This document shows, in pieces, positions 1 to 9,408 of a stretch of 61,750 nt of DNA. The first letter of the stretch is position 1. Each line of letters starts with the position of its first letter. Both the position numbers and the translations under genes were made by a program. This DNA comes from Phycisphaerae bacterium (GTDB lineage: Bacteria; Planctomycetota; Phycisphaerae; Tepidisphaerales; Tepidisphaeraceae), in contig JAICIO010000027.1 of assembly GCA_025924315.1 (NCBI GenBank), forward strand, positions 1 through 61,750, read 5' to 3'. Under the pieces are notes generated by a model. It was not told where the DNA came from. It did no database searches and worked only from the letters and a program-made list of their open reading frames with translations.

Positions 1-2
1 GA

Positions 3-89
3 TACATCGAGTGCTGGTACAATCGCAAGAGACGTCACTCTTCGATAGGCTACAAGAGCCCCGAACAGTTCGAGGCCAGCCTCAATTGA
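3..89 (+). mobile_element. IS3-family transposase (integrase-core OrfB) C-terminal fragment, truncated by window start
   Basis: Frame 3 reads YIECWYNRKRRHSSIGYKSPEQFEASLN-stop, the typical extreme C-terminus of IS3-family rve-domain transposases. The IS right end should lie between 90 and about 250. Tandem CTTTGCG-type 9-mers occur at 150-190. Confidence 0.6.
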
Positions 90-256
90 CGATCAACCCG
101 CGCCCACCATTCGTGGGGAAGGTCAAAATCTGTTTCATTCTTTGCGCTCTCTGCGAACTTTGCGGTCTTTGCGCTTGTATTTTCTTTCCTTGGCGTGTTG
201 GCGTCTCGGTTCAAAAAATGTTCTCGAGCCACAAACAATGGAAAGCTCTCTCATTG

Positions 257-1165
257 CTACTTCTGGATTTCCCGGTTCAACCAGCCACCGGCTTTCAACC
301 ATTCCTCCGCGCGCCTGGGCCATGTCGCGACCGGGCCGCCGTCTTTCCCGAGGCCATAGCCATGCCCACCCTTCGCGTAGATGTGCATCTCCGCGGGGAC
401 CTTCGCTTCTTTGAGCGCGAGCAGGTACGTCGTCGCGTACCAGACGCGGTCGTCCTCGGTCATGACGATGAAGGTTGGCGGGGTTTTGTCCGTCACCTTG
501 ATCTCGGGTGCGAGCTTCGTGTGATCGTTGTCGGGGGTCATGTAGAAGGGATAGATCAACATCGCGAAATCGGGGCGGCAGCTTTGATCGTCTGCGTCGT
601 CGATCCGGTCATACACGCGCTTTTCGAATGTATTAGAAACAATCGCGCCGAGATTTCCGCCCGCGGAGAAGCCGATCAGGCCGAGGCGGTGCGGATCGAT
701 CTTCCATTCGTTCGCGTGCGCGCGAATCAGTCCCAGCGCGCGCTGCGCGTCTTCGAGCGGCGCCGCGTACATCTCGCGGCCCTCGCGGCGCGGGACGCGG
801 TACTTCAGCAGAATCGCGGTGATGCCGTTGGAATTGAGCCATTGGCGGATCGAATCGCCTTCGATGTCCGTCGCGAGCACGTTGTACGCGCCGCCCGGAC
901 AGATCATCACGGCCGCCCCTGTGTCGTTGCGCGCCTCTGGCTTGTAAACGGCGATCGTCGGCTTGGTGACGTTGGTAATCCGAACCTTGTGCTCCGCCGC
1001 CGTCTTGTTGTATTCCGCCCCGATGTCACCTTTCTCGTGCGGCGCGACGCCGGGCCAGAGCTCGAGCGTGGCGAGTGCATCCTCCGCGGGAACGGCGGTT
1101 GCTTCTTCTGCGAACGAACTCAATGAAATGACGGCGAATACAATCGATAGGATTAGGTATTTCAC
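257..1165 (-). CDS. secreted alpha/beta-hydrolase (esterase/lipase, acetyl-esterase-like fold)
   Basis: 302 aa with N-terminal signal peptide. Has a GFSAGGNLG nucleophile-elbow motif (GxSxG), a PGGAY oxyanion region, and a HGYG C-terminal His motif. Confidence 0.7.
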   Translation of the reverse strand: MKYLILSIVFAVISLSSFAEEATAVPAEDALATLELWPGVAPHEKGDIGAEYNKTAAEHKVRITNVTKPTIAVYKPEARNDTGAAVMICPGGAYNVLATDIEGDSIRQWLNSNGITAILLKYRVPRREGREMYAAPLEDAQRALGLIRAHANEWKIDPHRLGLIGFSAGGNLGAIVSNTFEKRVYDRIDDADDQSCRPDFAMLIYPFYMTPDNDHTKLAPEIKVTDKTPPTFIVMTEDDRVWYATTYLLALKEAKVPAEMHIYAKGGHGYGLGKDGGPVATWPRRAEEWLKAGGWLNREIQK

Positions 1166-1198
1166 GCATGGCAGTCTACCCGACTCGCCGGTTCAGGT

Positions 1199-1564
1199 TC
1201 ATCGTGGTAGATCATGCGTGCCAATCCATCCGATCGCGACGAAGAAACAGAAGACAAATCCAACGCATGCGACAAGAATCGATGGCAGATAGGCGCGATC
1301 GGGCGGGCGCGGAGTGTTCGCGGGCCCATGTCCAAGCCCAAAAATCACTCCAAGCAGCATCAGTGCGAAAACAGCGGCTCCCCATCGCGCGCCGCGAGTG
1401 GCGCCAGAGAGCCGGCCGGATTTCGTGGCGGGCGACTGATACTCCAGTGCTGGTAGAGCGGCATCGTTTGACGGTGTCGGCGCGGTTGGATCGTCGGAGT
1501 CGTCTGTCATTTCCAACATCATTGGCGCAGGAGACGCTCGATCACGCCCGGTTATACATCGCAT
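1199..1564 (-). CDS. hypothetical small membrane protein
   Basis: ORF with two predicted TM helices. Start uncertain (alternative Met at about 1522). Overlaps the upstream gene end by 23 nt. Confidence 0.3.
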   Translation of the reverse strand: MRCITGRDRASPAPMMLEMTDDSDDPTAPTPSNDAALPALEYQSPATKSGRLSGATRGARWGAAVFALMLLGVIFGLGHGPANTPRPPDRAYLPSILVACVGFVFCFFVAIGWIGTHDLPR

Positions 1565-2405
1565 CGCGCAGCAGTTTCACCGGGAAAGCGTGCGTCGCGT
1601 CCGTTACCCCTTGGGTGTATGTGTACACCGCCGCCTGGAAGATCGAATGCAACGCGGATTGGATGAGGGCGAGAATCACGATGTAGGCGATCGCGAGTCC
1701 GAGCACCATCAGGCCGAGCATCGCGCCCGCCTTCGCCATCACAGTGGCCGCGAGGACGAAGAGGAAAATCCCGGGCAGGAAGAGCAGGAAGAAGATCAAG
1801 CCGAACGAGAAATTCCCCACCACCTGTGTGCCCCAGGTTTTCCGTAGGAGTGATGCGGATTCCTTCAGCGACGCGATCGGGCCTTTATTTTCGACGACGA
1901 GCACCGGAACGGCGAGGAAGGTCATGATCGTCCACGCGGCGCCGAGGACGCTCGCGATCAGGTGGCCGACTTTTTTGTTCTGCGTCTCGATCAGTTTCAA
2001 AAGCAATCCGACCGTAGCGGAGAGCAGCGCCCATCCGGCGATCAGGTGAATGCGGCTGAACGCTTCGCGCAATCCGCCGCCGAATGTCGGCTCACCACCC
2101 GCCAGCCGCGACACCGCGCACGCGACGATCGCCACGTTGAAGAACGTGATGACGAAATAGTTCACGAAGTAAAACGCGAACAGATAGACCCACGCGAGCA
2201 CCTTCTGCTGCTGCGACGGATGCTCGAATGACGCGCGCAGCCAGTGCGTGTCGGCCACAAACAGCGGCGCGATGAACGACGCCAGCACGAGCAAGCAGGC
2301 GATCCCTGAGAAGAGCGGAAAGAGTACGAGGGCCTTGTCGCGTTTCAACACGGACCCGGATGCGCGCATCAGCTCCCACGTATACGACAGACGCTCAAAG
2401 AACAT
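1542..2405 (-). CDS. hypothetical polytopic membrane protein
   Basis: 287 aa with multiple long hydrophobic segments. No recognizable catalytic motifs. Confidence 0.5.
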   Translation of the reverse strand: MFFERLSYTWELMRASGSVLKRDKALVLFPLFSGIACLLVLASFIAPLFVADTHWLRASFEHPSQQQKVLAWVYLFAFYFVNYFVITFFNVAIVACAVSRLAGGEPTFGGGLREAFSRIHLIAGWALLSATVGLLLKLIETQNKKVGHLIASVLGAAWTIMTFLAVPVLVVENKGPIASLKESASLLRKTWGTQVVGNFSFGLIFFLLFLPGIFLFVLAATVMAKAGAMLGLMVLGLAIAYIVILALIQSALHSIFQAAVYTYTQGVTDATHAFPVKLLRDAMYNRA

Positions 2406-2610
2406 CGTGAAACCCTCCCAAATGAATTAGCCCGGAAATGCACGCGAACTCGCCGAGTTCTGAGTTCGCGGCGATATCATACCATTGGCTCGCGGGGTTC
2501 CAATGAGCATTCCGCCCGATCCGTCCCGAGGTCGCCCTCTCGGTAATTCTAAGAGAAGGTTTCGTGCGATCAGGAAAGTATCGTGGTGATTCAGCCGATC
2601 TTTCATCGGG

Positions 2611-3921
2611 GTGTCAGCAGAATCGCGAGCCCATCGCCCGAACGGCCGCCGCAGGATCCTCCGGATTTTGCTGGTTTTTGTGCTGTTTGTCGGTCCTTTC
2701 GCGATCTATCGCACCCTGACCCGTCCGCCGAAATATCAACCGAAATATCAGACCATCGCGCATCGCTTTCTCGACCTGCAGGCGCAGTACGACTGGTCCG
2801 TCACCCAAGACGACTACAAGTTGCTCGACGACATCATCACGCAGGTGAAGTCGAACGTCCGGTACGATCCTTCGCTCACCAAACTCGCGGATCGACAGGC
2901 CCAGTTCCTGCGGATTTTTCGCGCGATTGACGCGGTCCTGATCGACAGGAACTTCATCTTTCCGCCGGATCATTGGGACACAACGCTGGACGAAGCGTTC
3001 GAGGAGCGCGCGCTCAGCGACGATGAGTTCCAAAAGGCGATCAATCACCCTCATAACGCGCGGCGTGCCGCGCACATGAGAGAGCACGCGGGTGATGGCT
3101 TTCACTACATTGCGTGCGAGCCGTCGGCGCTTCTCTACGCGGGAATCGCCGAGGCGATGGGGTTTGAATTAAGGCTCGTGACGGTGCCGCAGCACGTCTT
3201 CGTGCGCGTGCAGCTTGACGATCACCACGCGATGAACTGGGATGCGAATCGCGGCCGCTCGATCCCCGACGACGAATACATCCGCGACTGGGGCGTGGAA
3301 GATTGGCAGATCCGCGAGGGCACGTACATGCATCCGCTGTCGGCTCGCGAGATCGAAGGCGATATGTACTGCAACATCGGGGTGTGCCTCGCGAACCACA
3401 ACGCCTTCCGCGGGCTCGACGGCGCGATCTCGTGTCTTCGAAAGGCGATCGAGCTTGATCCGCGCGACCCGTACGGCTACGCGGATCTCGCGCTCAACTT
3501 GCTGTTCGATCCTGACCCCGATGCCGAAACCCGCGCCGAAGCGACGCGACTGACCGAGCGCGCCGTCACGCTTCAACCGAACGAAGCATCCTTCCACGCC
3601 GCGCGAGCCTACGCCTTCGCAGCCGACGGTGCGACAACGGCCGCGGTAGGGGAACTCACCAAAGCCCGGCAACTCGATCCGCAGAACGAGGAGTATCGTG
3701 ACATTTTTCCGCAGATCGAATCCGGCCACACGATGTACACTGGCTTCTCTGCCCAGCACCCGATTGCCTTCTGGATCGTCCACCAGCACGGCTGGCTCTA
3801 TCTCCTGATCATCATCCCTGCGAGCGGGATTGCACTTCTGGTCAGGATCGTTCGTTTTCGCCGGAAGAGGTCACCGGCACCGCCCACCTCCGAAGCGGCG
3901 GTTGCCATGGGTGTAAGCTAA
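2611..3921 (+). CDS. transglutaminase-like cysteine peptidase domain protein with C-terminal TPR repeats, membrane anchored
   Basis: Candidate Cys/His/Asp triad in IACEP ... PQHVFVRV ... NWDAN. C-terminal TPR-like repeats follow. TM segments at the N-terminus and near the C-terminus. Confidence 0.55.
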   Translation: MSAESRAHRPNGRRRILRILLVFVLFVGPFAIYRTLTRPPKYQPKYQTIAHRFLDLQAQYDWSVTQDDYKLLDDIITQVKSNVRYDPSLTKLADRQAQFLRIFRAIDAVLIDRNFIFPPDHWDTTLDEAFEERALSDDEFQKAINHPHNARRAAHMREHAGDGFHYIACEPSALLYAGIAEAMGFELRLVTVPQHVFVRVQLDDHHAMNWDANRGRSIPDDEYIRDWGVEDWQIREGTYMHPLSAREIEGDMYCNIGVCLANHNAFRGLDGAISCLRKAIELDPRDPYGYADLALNLLFDPDPDAETRAEATRLTERAVTLQPNEASFHAARAYAFAADGATTAAVGELTKARQLDPQNEEYRDIFPQIESGHTMYTGFSAQHPIAFWIVHQHGWLYLLIIIPASGIALLVRIVRFRRKRSPAPPTSEAAVAMGVS

Positions 3922-4053
3922 ATCCAGTTGCGATACTTCGACATCCACACCAATCGCGCGGAGAAGGCCCAGAAAGAGAGGTGCGCACTCCTAGTCGTGC
4001 GAACCTCGATGGAGGGTTCGCGGCCAAGTTCATCCGATCCCTTGGGAATCGCA

Positions 4054-5083
4054 TCAATTTATCGGTGGCTGCGAATCAGGCTGAACGCTTCCTCGCCATT
4101 TGAGGATGTTGAAATCCGTCACGAGAAGGGCGGGCGAGCCGGACTTGTCGAGGCCGAAATATGAGAAATAATGCCCATCCCCGTAGCCGGAAGAGAAGAG
4201 CACCATCGATCCCGCGGGTGAATCGACATGCAGCCACTGTCGCGTCGCCGTGTAAGTTGCGCGCATCTCCTCGATCATCTGCTCAATGATCCCGGTGTCC
4301 TCCTGGACTGCTTCCCCCCTCGATGAGTTGCCAGATCGATGCGTCGCAAAGGCAGCCCGTTCCGCTATCGACTCCATAGCCGACCTGATCGCCGCGTCTC
4401 ATCGCCGCGGGTTCGTTGCTTTGGAGAGCGGCGGGTTCCCATTTCGCGACCGGCGCTTCGGACAACCGGAGGATGGCCAGGGCCACGCGCTCGTCATCGC
4501 CGAGCTTTGCAATGACCAATCCCAGCGGGTAGGAGCCGGGCGGCAAGGTTCGCGCAAATGGCCGCCCGCCGCCGGTCAGAGGATCGCACCCCATGATCCG
4601 GCCGGACGGGACCGATAGGTTCGGCAACTCATAGACCGTCTGTATCGACGGCGAGCCATCGCGCGCGGTCGCTGGCGAAGGAACGATCTCGCGAAGAAAA
4701 ATCGACGGATCACCAAGCTCGGTCGCTTCCGAAGAGAATTTGAATTCCGCCAGCGGGACGATTTTGAACAAATCCGGCATCGCCTGCGGCGACCCCAGCG
4801 CCATGTCCATCGCGATGCGCGACACGCGAAACTTCAGCGTGCGCTTCGGCGGGACTGTGATTTCCTGTCCTTTCTTCGGCCCGAACTGCATCACCATCGT
4901 CCGACCCGGCCGCGATTCGCGTCGAAAGACGCCGATACCCGGAATCGCAAAACCATGATCGGCGTTCGCGTACGCGAGCTCCGCCTGTGCGGTCAGCAGC
5001 GCTTTCACCTGCTCGACCGCCAGCCCCGTCTTTTCCGCGAGCCGCTCGGCGACTTCAATCGGCGTCAATCGTTTGAATGCCAC
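4054..5083 (-). pseudogene. HU/IHF-like DNA-binding domain fused to DUF4241-like domain, interrupted by a +1 frameshift near 4340
   Basis: GTG start at 5083 is preceded by a GGGAGGG RBS; the annotated ATG at 5203 lies inside a palindromic repeat. N-terminal 90 aa show an HU-like pattern (GIGVFRRESRPGRT...KGQEITVPPKRTLKF). The frame then matches paralog 16925-17674 through GYGVDSGTG. One extra nucleotide shifts the frame, and the ORF 4054-4377 continues the homology (SGYGDGHYFSYFGLD). Confidence 0.45.
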
Positions 5084-5157
5084 GTTTTTCCCTCCCGATG
5101 AAATGAATGCAATCAAATCTTGGACCGGCGAAGTTATACCGCAGGGCGCGCCTTTCT

Positions 5158-5231
5158 GTAGGGTCCGCTTCAGCGGACCGGTTACTAGTCGTTCGAAAAG
5201 CAAATAACCGGTCCGCTGAAGCGGACCCTAC
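5158..5231. repeat. 75-bp palindromic repeat family copy
   Basis: gtagggtccgcttcagcggaccggttac-N19-ataaccggtccgctgaagcggaccctac. Contains the falsely annotated ATG (5203) of the downstream ORF. Confidence 0.85.
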
Positions 5232-5249
5232 GAGATTGGTAAGCACGGA

Positions 5250-5633
5250 TCACAACTGATAGCGGCAGTAGAGGAAGAACGCTGCGGTCGCCCAGCCGGC
5301 AATCGAAGCCCACAACGCGCAACGGCAAATCAAGATGCCGGCGCGAAACCCATAGGAGAACAGGACAAGGATGAGCGGCGCTGCAAGCGACCTGGGCATT
5401 TGCAGATAGAGCTCCAACTCCGCAGCGTGTCGGCCCGTGCCGCAATCGGTTGGGACGATCAACGCGAAGAAGGCGCGAGAGGCGAGATCCGCCGAGTGGT
5501 TAATGATCGAAACAGCAACAAGGATCGCGAAAACGGGAAACACGACGCGCAGCACGGACCTCCTGATCGTCGCCGAGGTTCGTACTGTGGCATAATCGAG
5601 CGTGAGCGTCGTCATGATCCTCGTCCAGTTCAA
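5250..5633 (-). CDS. hypothetical membrane protein
   Basis: 127 aa with three hydrophobic helices. No motifs. Confidence 0.35.
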   Translation of the reverse strand: MNWTRIMTTLTLDYATVRTSATIRRSVLRVVFPVFAILVAVSIINHSADLASRAFFALIVPTDCGTGRHAAELELYLQMPRSLAAPLILVLFSYGFRAGILICRCALWASIAGWATAAFFLYCRYQL

Positions 5634-5667
5634 TATGGCTCGTCGATCTTGAAGAGGACATGGTCAC

Positions 5668-7863
5668 CTATGCCGGCGCCGCCATGAGCTGGCGTTCGTA
5701 GAGTTGGCGGTAGGTGGGGCAGTTGGTGAGGAGCTCGTCGTGCAGGCCTTGGCCGACGATTCGGCCGCGGTCCATGACGACGATTGTGTCGGCGGACAGG
5801 ATCGTGCTGAATCGATGGGCGATCACGAATGTCGTGCGCTCGTGCATGAGGCTCTCGATCGCCTGCTGGATGAGGTGCTCGCTCTCGGCGTCCACCTGGC
5901 TGGTGGCTTCGTCGAGGATGAGGATGGGACTGGCACGGAGGATCGCTCGGGCGATGTTGATGCGCTGCTTTTGTCCGCCTGAGAGCTGGCCGCCGAGTTC
6001 GCCCAGGACCGTGTCGTAGCCTTGGCCCTTCTCCATGATGAAGTCGTGCGCGAAGGCGCGCTTGGCGGCGGATTCGACTTGTTCGCGCAGGCGGCGGACT
6101 GGTTCGGTGCGATCCGCAGCATGCAGGCGCTGCGCGAGTGGGTGACCATACGCGATGTTCTCCGCGATGGTGCCGGGGAAGATGATGGGGTCTTGTGTGA
6201 CGATGCCGATCTGTTTTCGCAGGCTGCGGAGCGTGACGGTGCGGATGTCAGTGCCGTCGATCGTGATGCGGCCGGCTTGCGGGTCGTAGAAGCGCGGGAG
6301 CAGGGCGAGGAGCGTGGTTTTGCCGGAGCCGTTGCGTCCGACGACGGCGACGGATTTGCCTTTCGGCACAGTGAGGGACAAATCATCGACCGCGGGTTGC
6401 GTGGAGTTCGCGTATGAGAACGTGAGGTGCTCGAAGCGGATTTCGCGCTGAATCGGCGGGAGGTTTTTCTCCCCGTACGTCGGCGCTTCGAGCGTCGGGT
6501 CGCCGTTGCTCGATGCCGCATCGCGCATCTGTTCGACGCGTCCGCGGCGGCGTTCGACGGGGACATCGAGCGTTTCGAAGATTCTCGCCGCGGCGGTGTT
6601 CGAGCGCTGCAGAACGGAGTTGAGCTTGCTCACGCGCCGCAGCGATTCGCCGATGCTGACGAGGCAGGCCATGATCAGGAAAAAGCTGCTCGAATCGAGC
6701 GTCTTTCGCACCAGCACGAGATACGATGCGACCATCAGCACCGCGCCCACGACCAGCAGCGAAACCGTTTCCATCGCCGGCGTCGCCCACGCTTCGTAGC
6801 GGGCCATCTTGAGCATCTCGTTCTTCAGGCCGTCCATGATGCGCGTGTAGCGGCGGCGCTCGAAGCGCTCGGCGCCGGCGGCCTTTACCACGCGGATGCC
6901 GATCAGCGTGCCTTCGATCTGGCCGAGCATCGTGCTCGACCGCTGCATCATCGCGCGGCTGGCGCGGCGCATCTTCTTGCCGAACTTTTTAATGACCGCC
7001 GCCATCACCGGTGCGAATACGACGATGAAGAGCGTGAGCATCGGGCTCACCCACAGCGCCAGCCCAAACGCGAACGCCGCCTTGATTGGCTCCTGAATCG
7101 ATTGGCCGAGGATGATCTTGAAGCCATCCTGCAGCACCTGCGAATCCTGAACCAGCCGGCTGGTGACGTCGCTCGTTCCCTTCAGGCCGAAAAACGTCAT
7201 CGGAATGTGCAGCGTGTGGTCGTACAAATGACGGCGAATGTCCTGCGTCGCGCTGATGGCGGCCTTGTCCGAGAGGTATTCCTGGAAGAACCGCACGACA
7301 TTCCCCAGCAGCGCAAGCCCCGCGATGATGCAAAAGACCGCACCAATCGTCTTCACAGGATGAGTCGGCAGGAACTCCGCGCTCCGGCGAAGAATGCGCA
7401 GATGCAGTGGAACAGTCGCCATCTTGATGTTGCGCGGCGGGTTGCCATTCACTTCTACGAAGAATGCGTCGCGATCGGGTCGCGAAAGCTGTTCAAGCGT
7501 CCCACCAGCCGTCGTTGCTTGTCCGTCAACCAAAACATCACCGGGCAGCAATCCCTGCTTTGCTGCAAGCCCATCGGATTTAGTGCGAATGATCTGGACT
7601 TTGCTCGGATCATCGAGCAATGACACGTCGAGACGCTTCTCGACAAGCTGTCGATTGACCCACCCCTGCACCGTATCGCCGTTCACCAGCACTTTGAGGA
7701 TCGGCAGCATCGCCCCGAGGCCGGTGGTGAAGATCAATCCGACGAAAAAGGCGGAGATGACGGAGATCGTCACGATGTTCCGATACGGCCCCAGGTACCG
7801 GCACGCGCGGCGAAACGCGACCAGCTTCTTATCCTTGCGCACTGCAGCGACGACTTCACTCAT
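5668..7863 (-). CDS. ABC exporter, fused permease/ATPase (MsbA/type I exporter-like) with PDZ-like insert in first periplasmic loop
   Basis: C-terminal Walker A GRNGSGKTT, signature LSGGQKQRINIARAIL and Walker B ILILDEATSQVD. Likely start MSEVVAAVRKDKKLVAFRRACRYLGPYR at 7863. The upstream part of the annotated 897-aa ORF is intergenic repeat sequence. About 110 aa between TM1 and TM2 contain LAAKQGLLPGDVLVDGQ (PDZ-like). Confidence 0.8.
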   Translation of the reverse strand: MSEVVAAVRKDKKLVAFRRACRYLGPYRNIVTISVISAFFVGLIFTTGLGAMLPILKVLVNGDTVQGWVNRQLVEKRLDVSLLDDPSKVQIIRTKSDGLAAKQGLLPGDVLVDGQATTAGGTLEQLSRPDRDAFFVEVNGNPPRNIKMATVPLHLRILRRSAEFLPTHPVKTIGAVFCIIAGLALLGNVVRFFQEYLSDKAAISATQDIRRHLYDHTLHIPMTFFGLKGTSDVTSRLVQDSQVLQDGFKIILGQSIQEPIKAAFAFGLALWVSPMLTLFIVVFAPVMAAVIKKFGKKMRRASRAMMQRSSTMLGQIEGTLIGIRVVKAAGAERFERRRYTRIMDGLKNEMLKMARYEAWATPAMETVSLLVVGAVLMVASYLVLVRKTLDSSSFFLIMACLVSIGESLRRVSKLNSVLQRSNTAAARIFETLDVPVERRRGRVEQMRDAASSNGDPTLEAPTYGEKNLPPIQREIRFEHLTFSYANSTQPAVDDLSLTVPKGKSVAVVGRNGSGKTTLLALLPRFYDPQAGRITIDGTDIRTVTLRSLRKQIGIVTQDPIIFPGTIAENIAYGHPLAQRLHAADRTEPVRRLREQVESAAKRAFAHDFIMEKGQGYDTVLGELGGQLSGGQKQRINIARAILRASPILILDEATSQVDAESEHLIQQAIESLMHERTTFVIAHRFSTILSADTIVVMDRGRIVGQGLHDELLTNCPTYRQLYERQLMAAPA

Positions 7864-7960
7864 GCTCAAACGTCCTTGGGATCGATAAAATGAGTTTATC
7901 GGAGTATAACCGAAGCCCTTATCGTAGCACGGGTTCAGAGCTCGTGCATGTAAGTGATGT

Positions 7961-8031
7961 CCACGAAGGTCACGAAGGGACACGAAGGAAATCCACCTTC
8001 TGCTATTCGTGTTACTTCGTGTTCTTCGTGG
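7961..8031. promoter_or_regulatory. inverted array of tandem heptamers (CACGAAG x3 / CTTCGTG x3) in divergent promoter region
   Basis: Reads ccacgaaggtcacgaagggacacgaagg ... ttcgtgttacttcgtgttcttcgtgg. Lies between the minus-strand ABC exporter start (7863) and the plus-strand DegT start (8096). Confidence 0.5.
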
Positions 8032-8051
8032 ACAATCCGTTTTTTGAGAAT

Positions 8052-8076
8052 GCACGGGTTGAAAACCCGTGCTACT
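8052..8076. repeat. GCACGGG-N7-CCCGTGCTAC hairpin repeat (single copy; degenerate copy at 7926-7946)
   Basis: gcacgggttgaaaacccgtgctac. The same unit recurs at 19825-19890, 42766-42836 and 50370-50436. Confidence 0.8.
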
Positions 8077-8095
8077 TCGAAGCGAACAGCCACTC

Positions 8096-9244
8096 ATGCG
8101 ATCAACGCCTATTCCTCTTTCTTCTCCCGACATCACGCAGCGGGAAATCGATGCGGTCGTCGAGGTCATGCAGACACCGACGCTTTCGATCGGGCCGCGG
8201 GTTGAAGAGTTCGAGCGCAAAGTAGCGAAGCTCACGAACCGCCAGCACGGCGTGGCGGTGTCGTCGGGTACGACCGGGTTGCACTGCGCGATGATCGCGG
8301 CGGGGATCGGGCCGGGGGATGAGGTCATCACCACGCCGTTTTCGTTTGTCGCGTCCGCCAACTGCGTTCTCTACGTCGGGGCGAAGCCGGTTTTCGTCGA
8401 TATCGATCCGAAGACGCTCAACATCGACGTGTCGAAAGTGGCGAGTGCGATTACGCCGAAGACCAAGGCGATCGTCGCGGTGGAAACTTTTGGTCATCCT
8501 GGTGGAATGATCGAACTGGAGCAGCTCGTCCAGCAGCACGAGCTGATGCTGATCGAAGATTCGTGCGAAGGCTTCGGCGGAACGCACGGCACGCGGCCGA
8601 TCGGCTCCTTCGGCCGCGCGAGCGTCTTCGGTTTTTATCCCAACAAGCAAATCACCACCGGCGAAGGCGGGATGATCGTCACCGACGACGACGTCTTCGC
8701 GAACCTGTGCCGATCGCTCCGCAATCAGGGCCGTGAAGGGATGAGCTGGCTGGCGCACCAGCGGTTGGGGTACAACTATCGCTTAAGTGAGATCAACGCG
8801 GCCATTGGTTGTGTTCAATGCGATCGCATTGAGGAGATTCTGGCGGCCCGTCGCAAAGTCGCCCACACCTACATCAACCGGCTGATGACCAATCGTTTCC
8901 TGATTCTGCCGACGCTTGAAGACGACACGCACATGAGCTGGTTCGTCTTCGTCGTGCGGTTGAACGACCTGTTCGAAGTCGGCGCAAGAGACGACATCAT
9001 GCGCGATCTCCGCGCGCAGGGAATGGGCTGCAACAACTACTTCCCGCCGATTCATCTGCAGCCGTACATGGCGCAGGAGTTCGGCTTCAAAGAAGGCGAT
9101 TTCCCTGTCTGCGAATATGTCTCGGCGCGGACAATCGCGCTGCCGTTCTTCGGCAAGCTGACGACCCGGCAAGTGCAGCGCGTCTGCGACACGCTCGAGA
9201 AGATCCTGGACAAATCAATGACTTCGAAGAAGAGCCGGTTCTGA
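8096..9244 (+). CDS. DegT/DnrJ/EryC1/StrS-family PLP-dependent sugar aminotransferase
   Basis: Reads MRSTPIPLSSPDITQREIDAVVEVMQ...GPRVEEFE...VAVSSGTTGLH. The alternative upstream ATG is 8069. Confidence 0.8.
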   Translation: MRSTPIPLSSPDITQREIDAVVEVMQTPTLSIGPRVEEFERKVAKLTNRQHGVAVSSGTTGLHCAMIAAGIGPGDEVITTPFSFVASANCVLYVGAKPVFVDIDPKTLNIDVSKVASAITPKTKAIVAVETFGHPGGMIELEQLVQQHELMLIEDSCEGFGGTHGTRPIGSFGRASVFGFYPNKQITTGEGGMIVTDDDVFANLCRSLRNQGREGMSWLAHQRLGYNYRLSEINAAIGCVQCDRIEEILAARRKVAHTYINRLMTNRFLILPTLEDDTHMSWFVFVVRLNDLFEVGARDDIMRDLRAQGMGCNNYFPPIHLQPYMAQEFGFKEGDFPVCEYVSARTIALPFFGKLTTRQVQRVCDTLEKILDKSMTSKKSRF

Positions 9245-9288
9245 ATTGAGTAGGGTGGGCAATGCCAACCGTACGACAGCGTCGGTGG

Positions 9289-9385
9289 GGCAGACATTCT
9301 TGTCTGCCTCGGATCGATGTACTCATCGAGACGAATCGGCCGCCGAATACGGCGTCCGTTGGCAGACAGGAATGTCTGCCCCACC
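9289..9385 (+). promoter_or_regulatory. two hairpins sharing the stem GGCAGACA/TGTCTGCC in the sulfatase leader
   Basis: ggggcagacattcttgtctgcc at 9289-9310 and ggcagacaggaatgtctgcccc at 9362-9383 are near reverse-complements of each other. Located 25-120 nt upstream of the sulfatase start. Confidence 0.4.
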
Positions 9386-9408
9386 GGAAACCAAGGGAAC
9401 TCGGAAAC

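Noticed and set aside
6427-7623. 398-aa plus-strand ORF and several others (5823-6566, 6022-6417, 7394-7888) overlapping the ABC exporter
   Set aside because: Antisense or off-frame ORFs inside a gene with unmistakable Walker/ABC-signature motifs. Low-complexity Arg/Ala/Ser-rich translations.
7864-8361. Upstream 166 codons of the annotated 897-aa ABC transporter ORF, and the 7890-8225 ORF containing RVENPCYFEANS
   Set aside because: This stretch is built from the CACGAAG heptamer array and the GCACGGG hairpin repeat. The peptide fragments RVENPCY and FFENA recur wherever that repeat occurs (also at 19826 and 50398) and are repeat translations, not protein.
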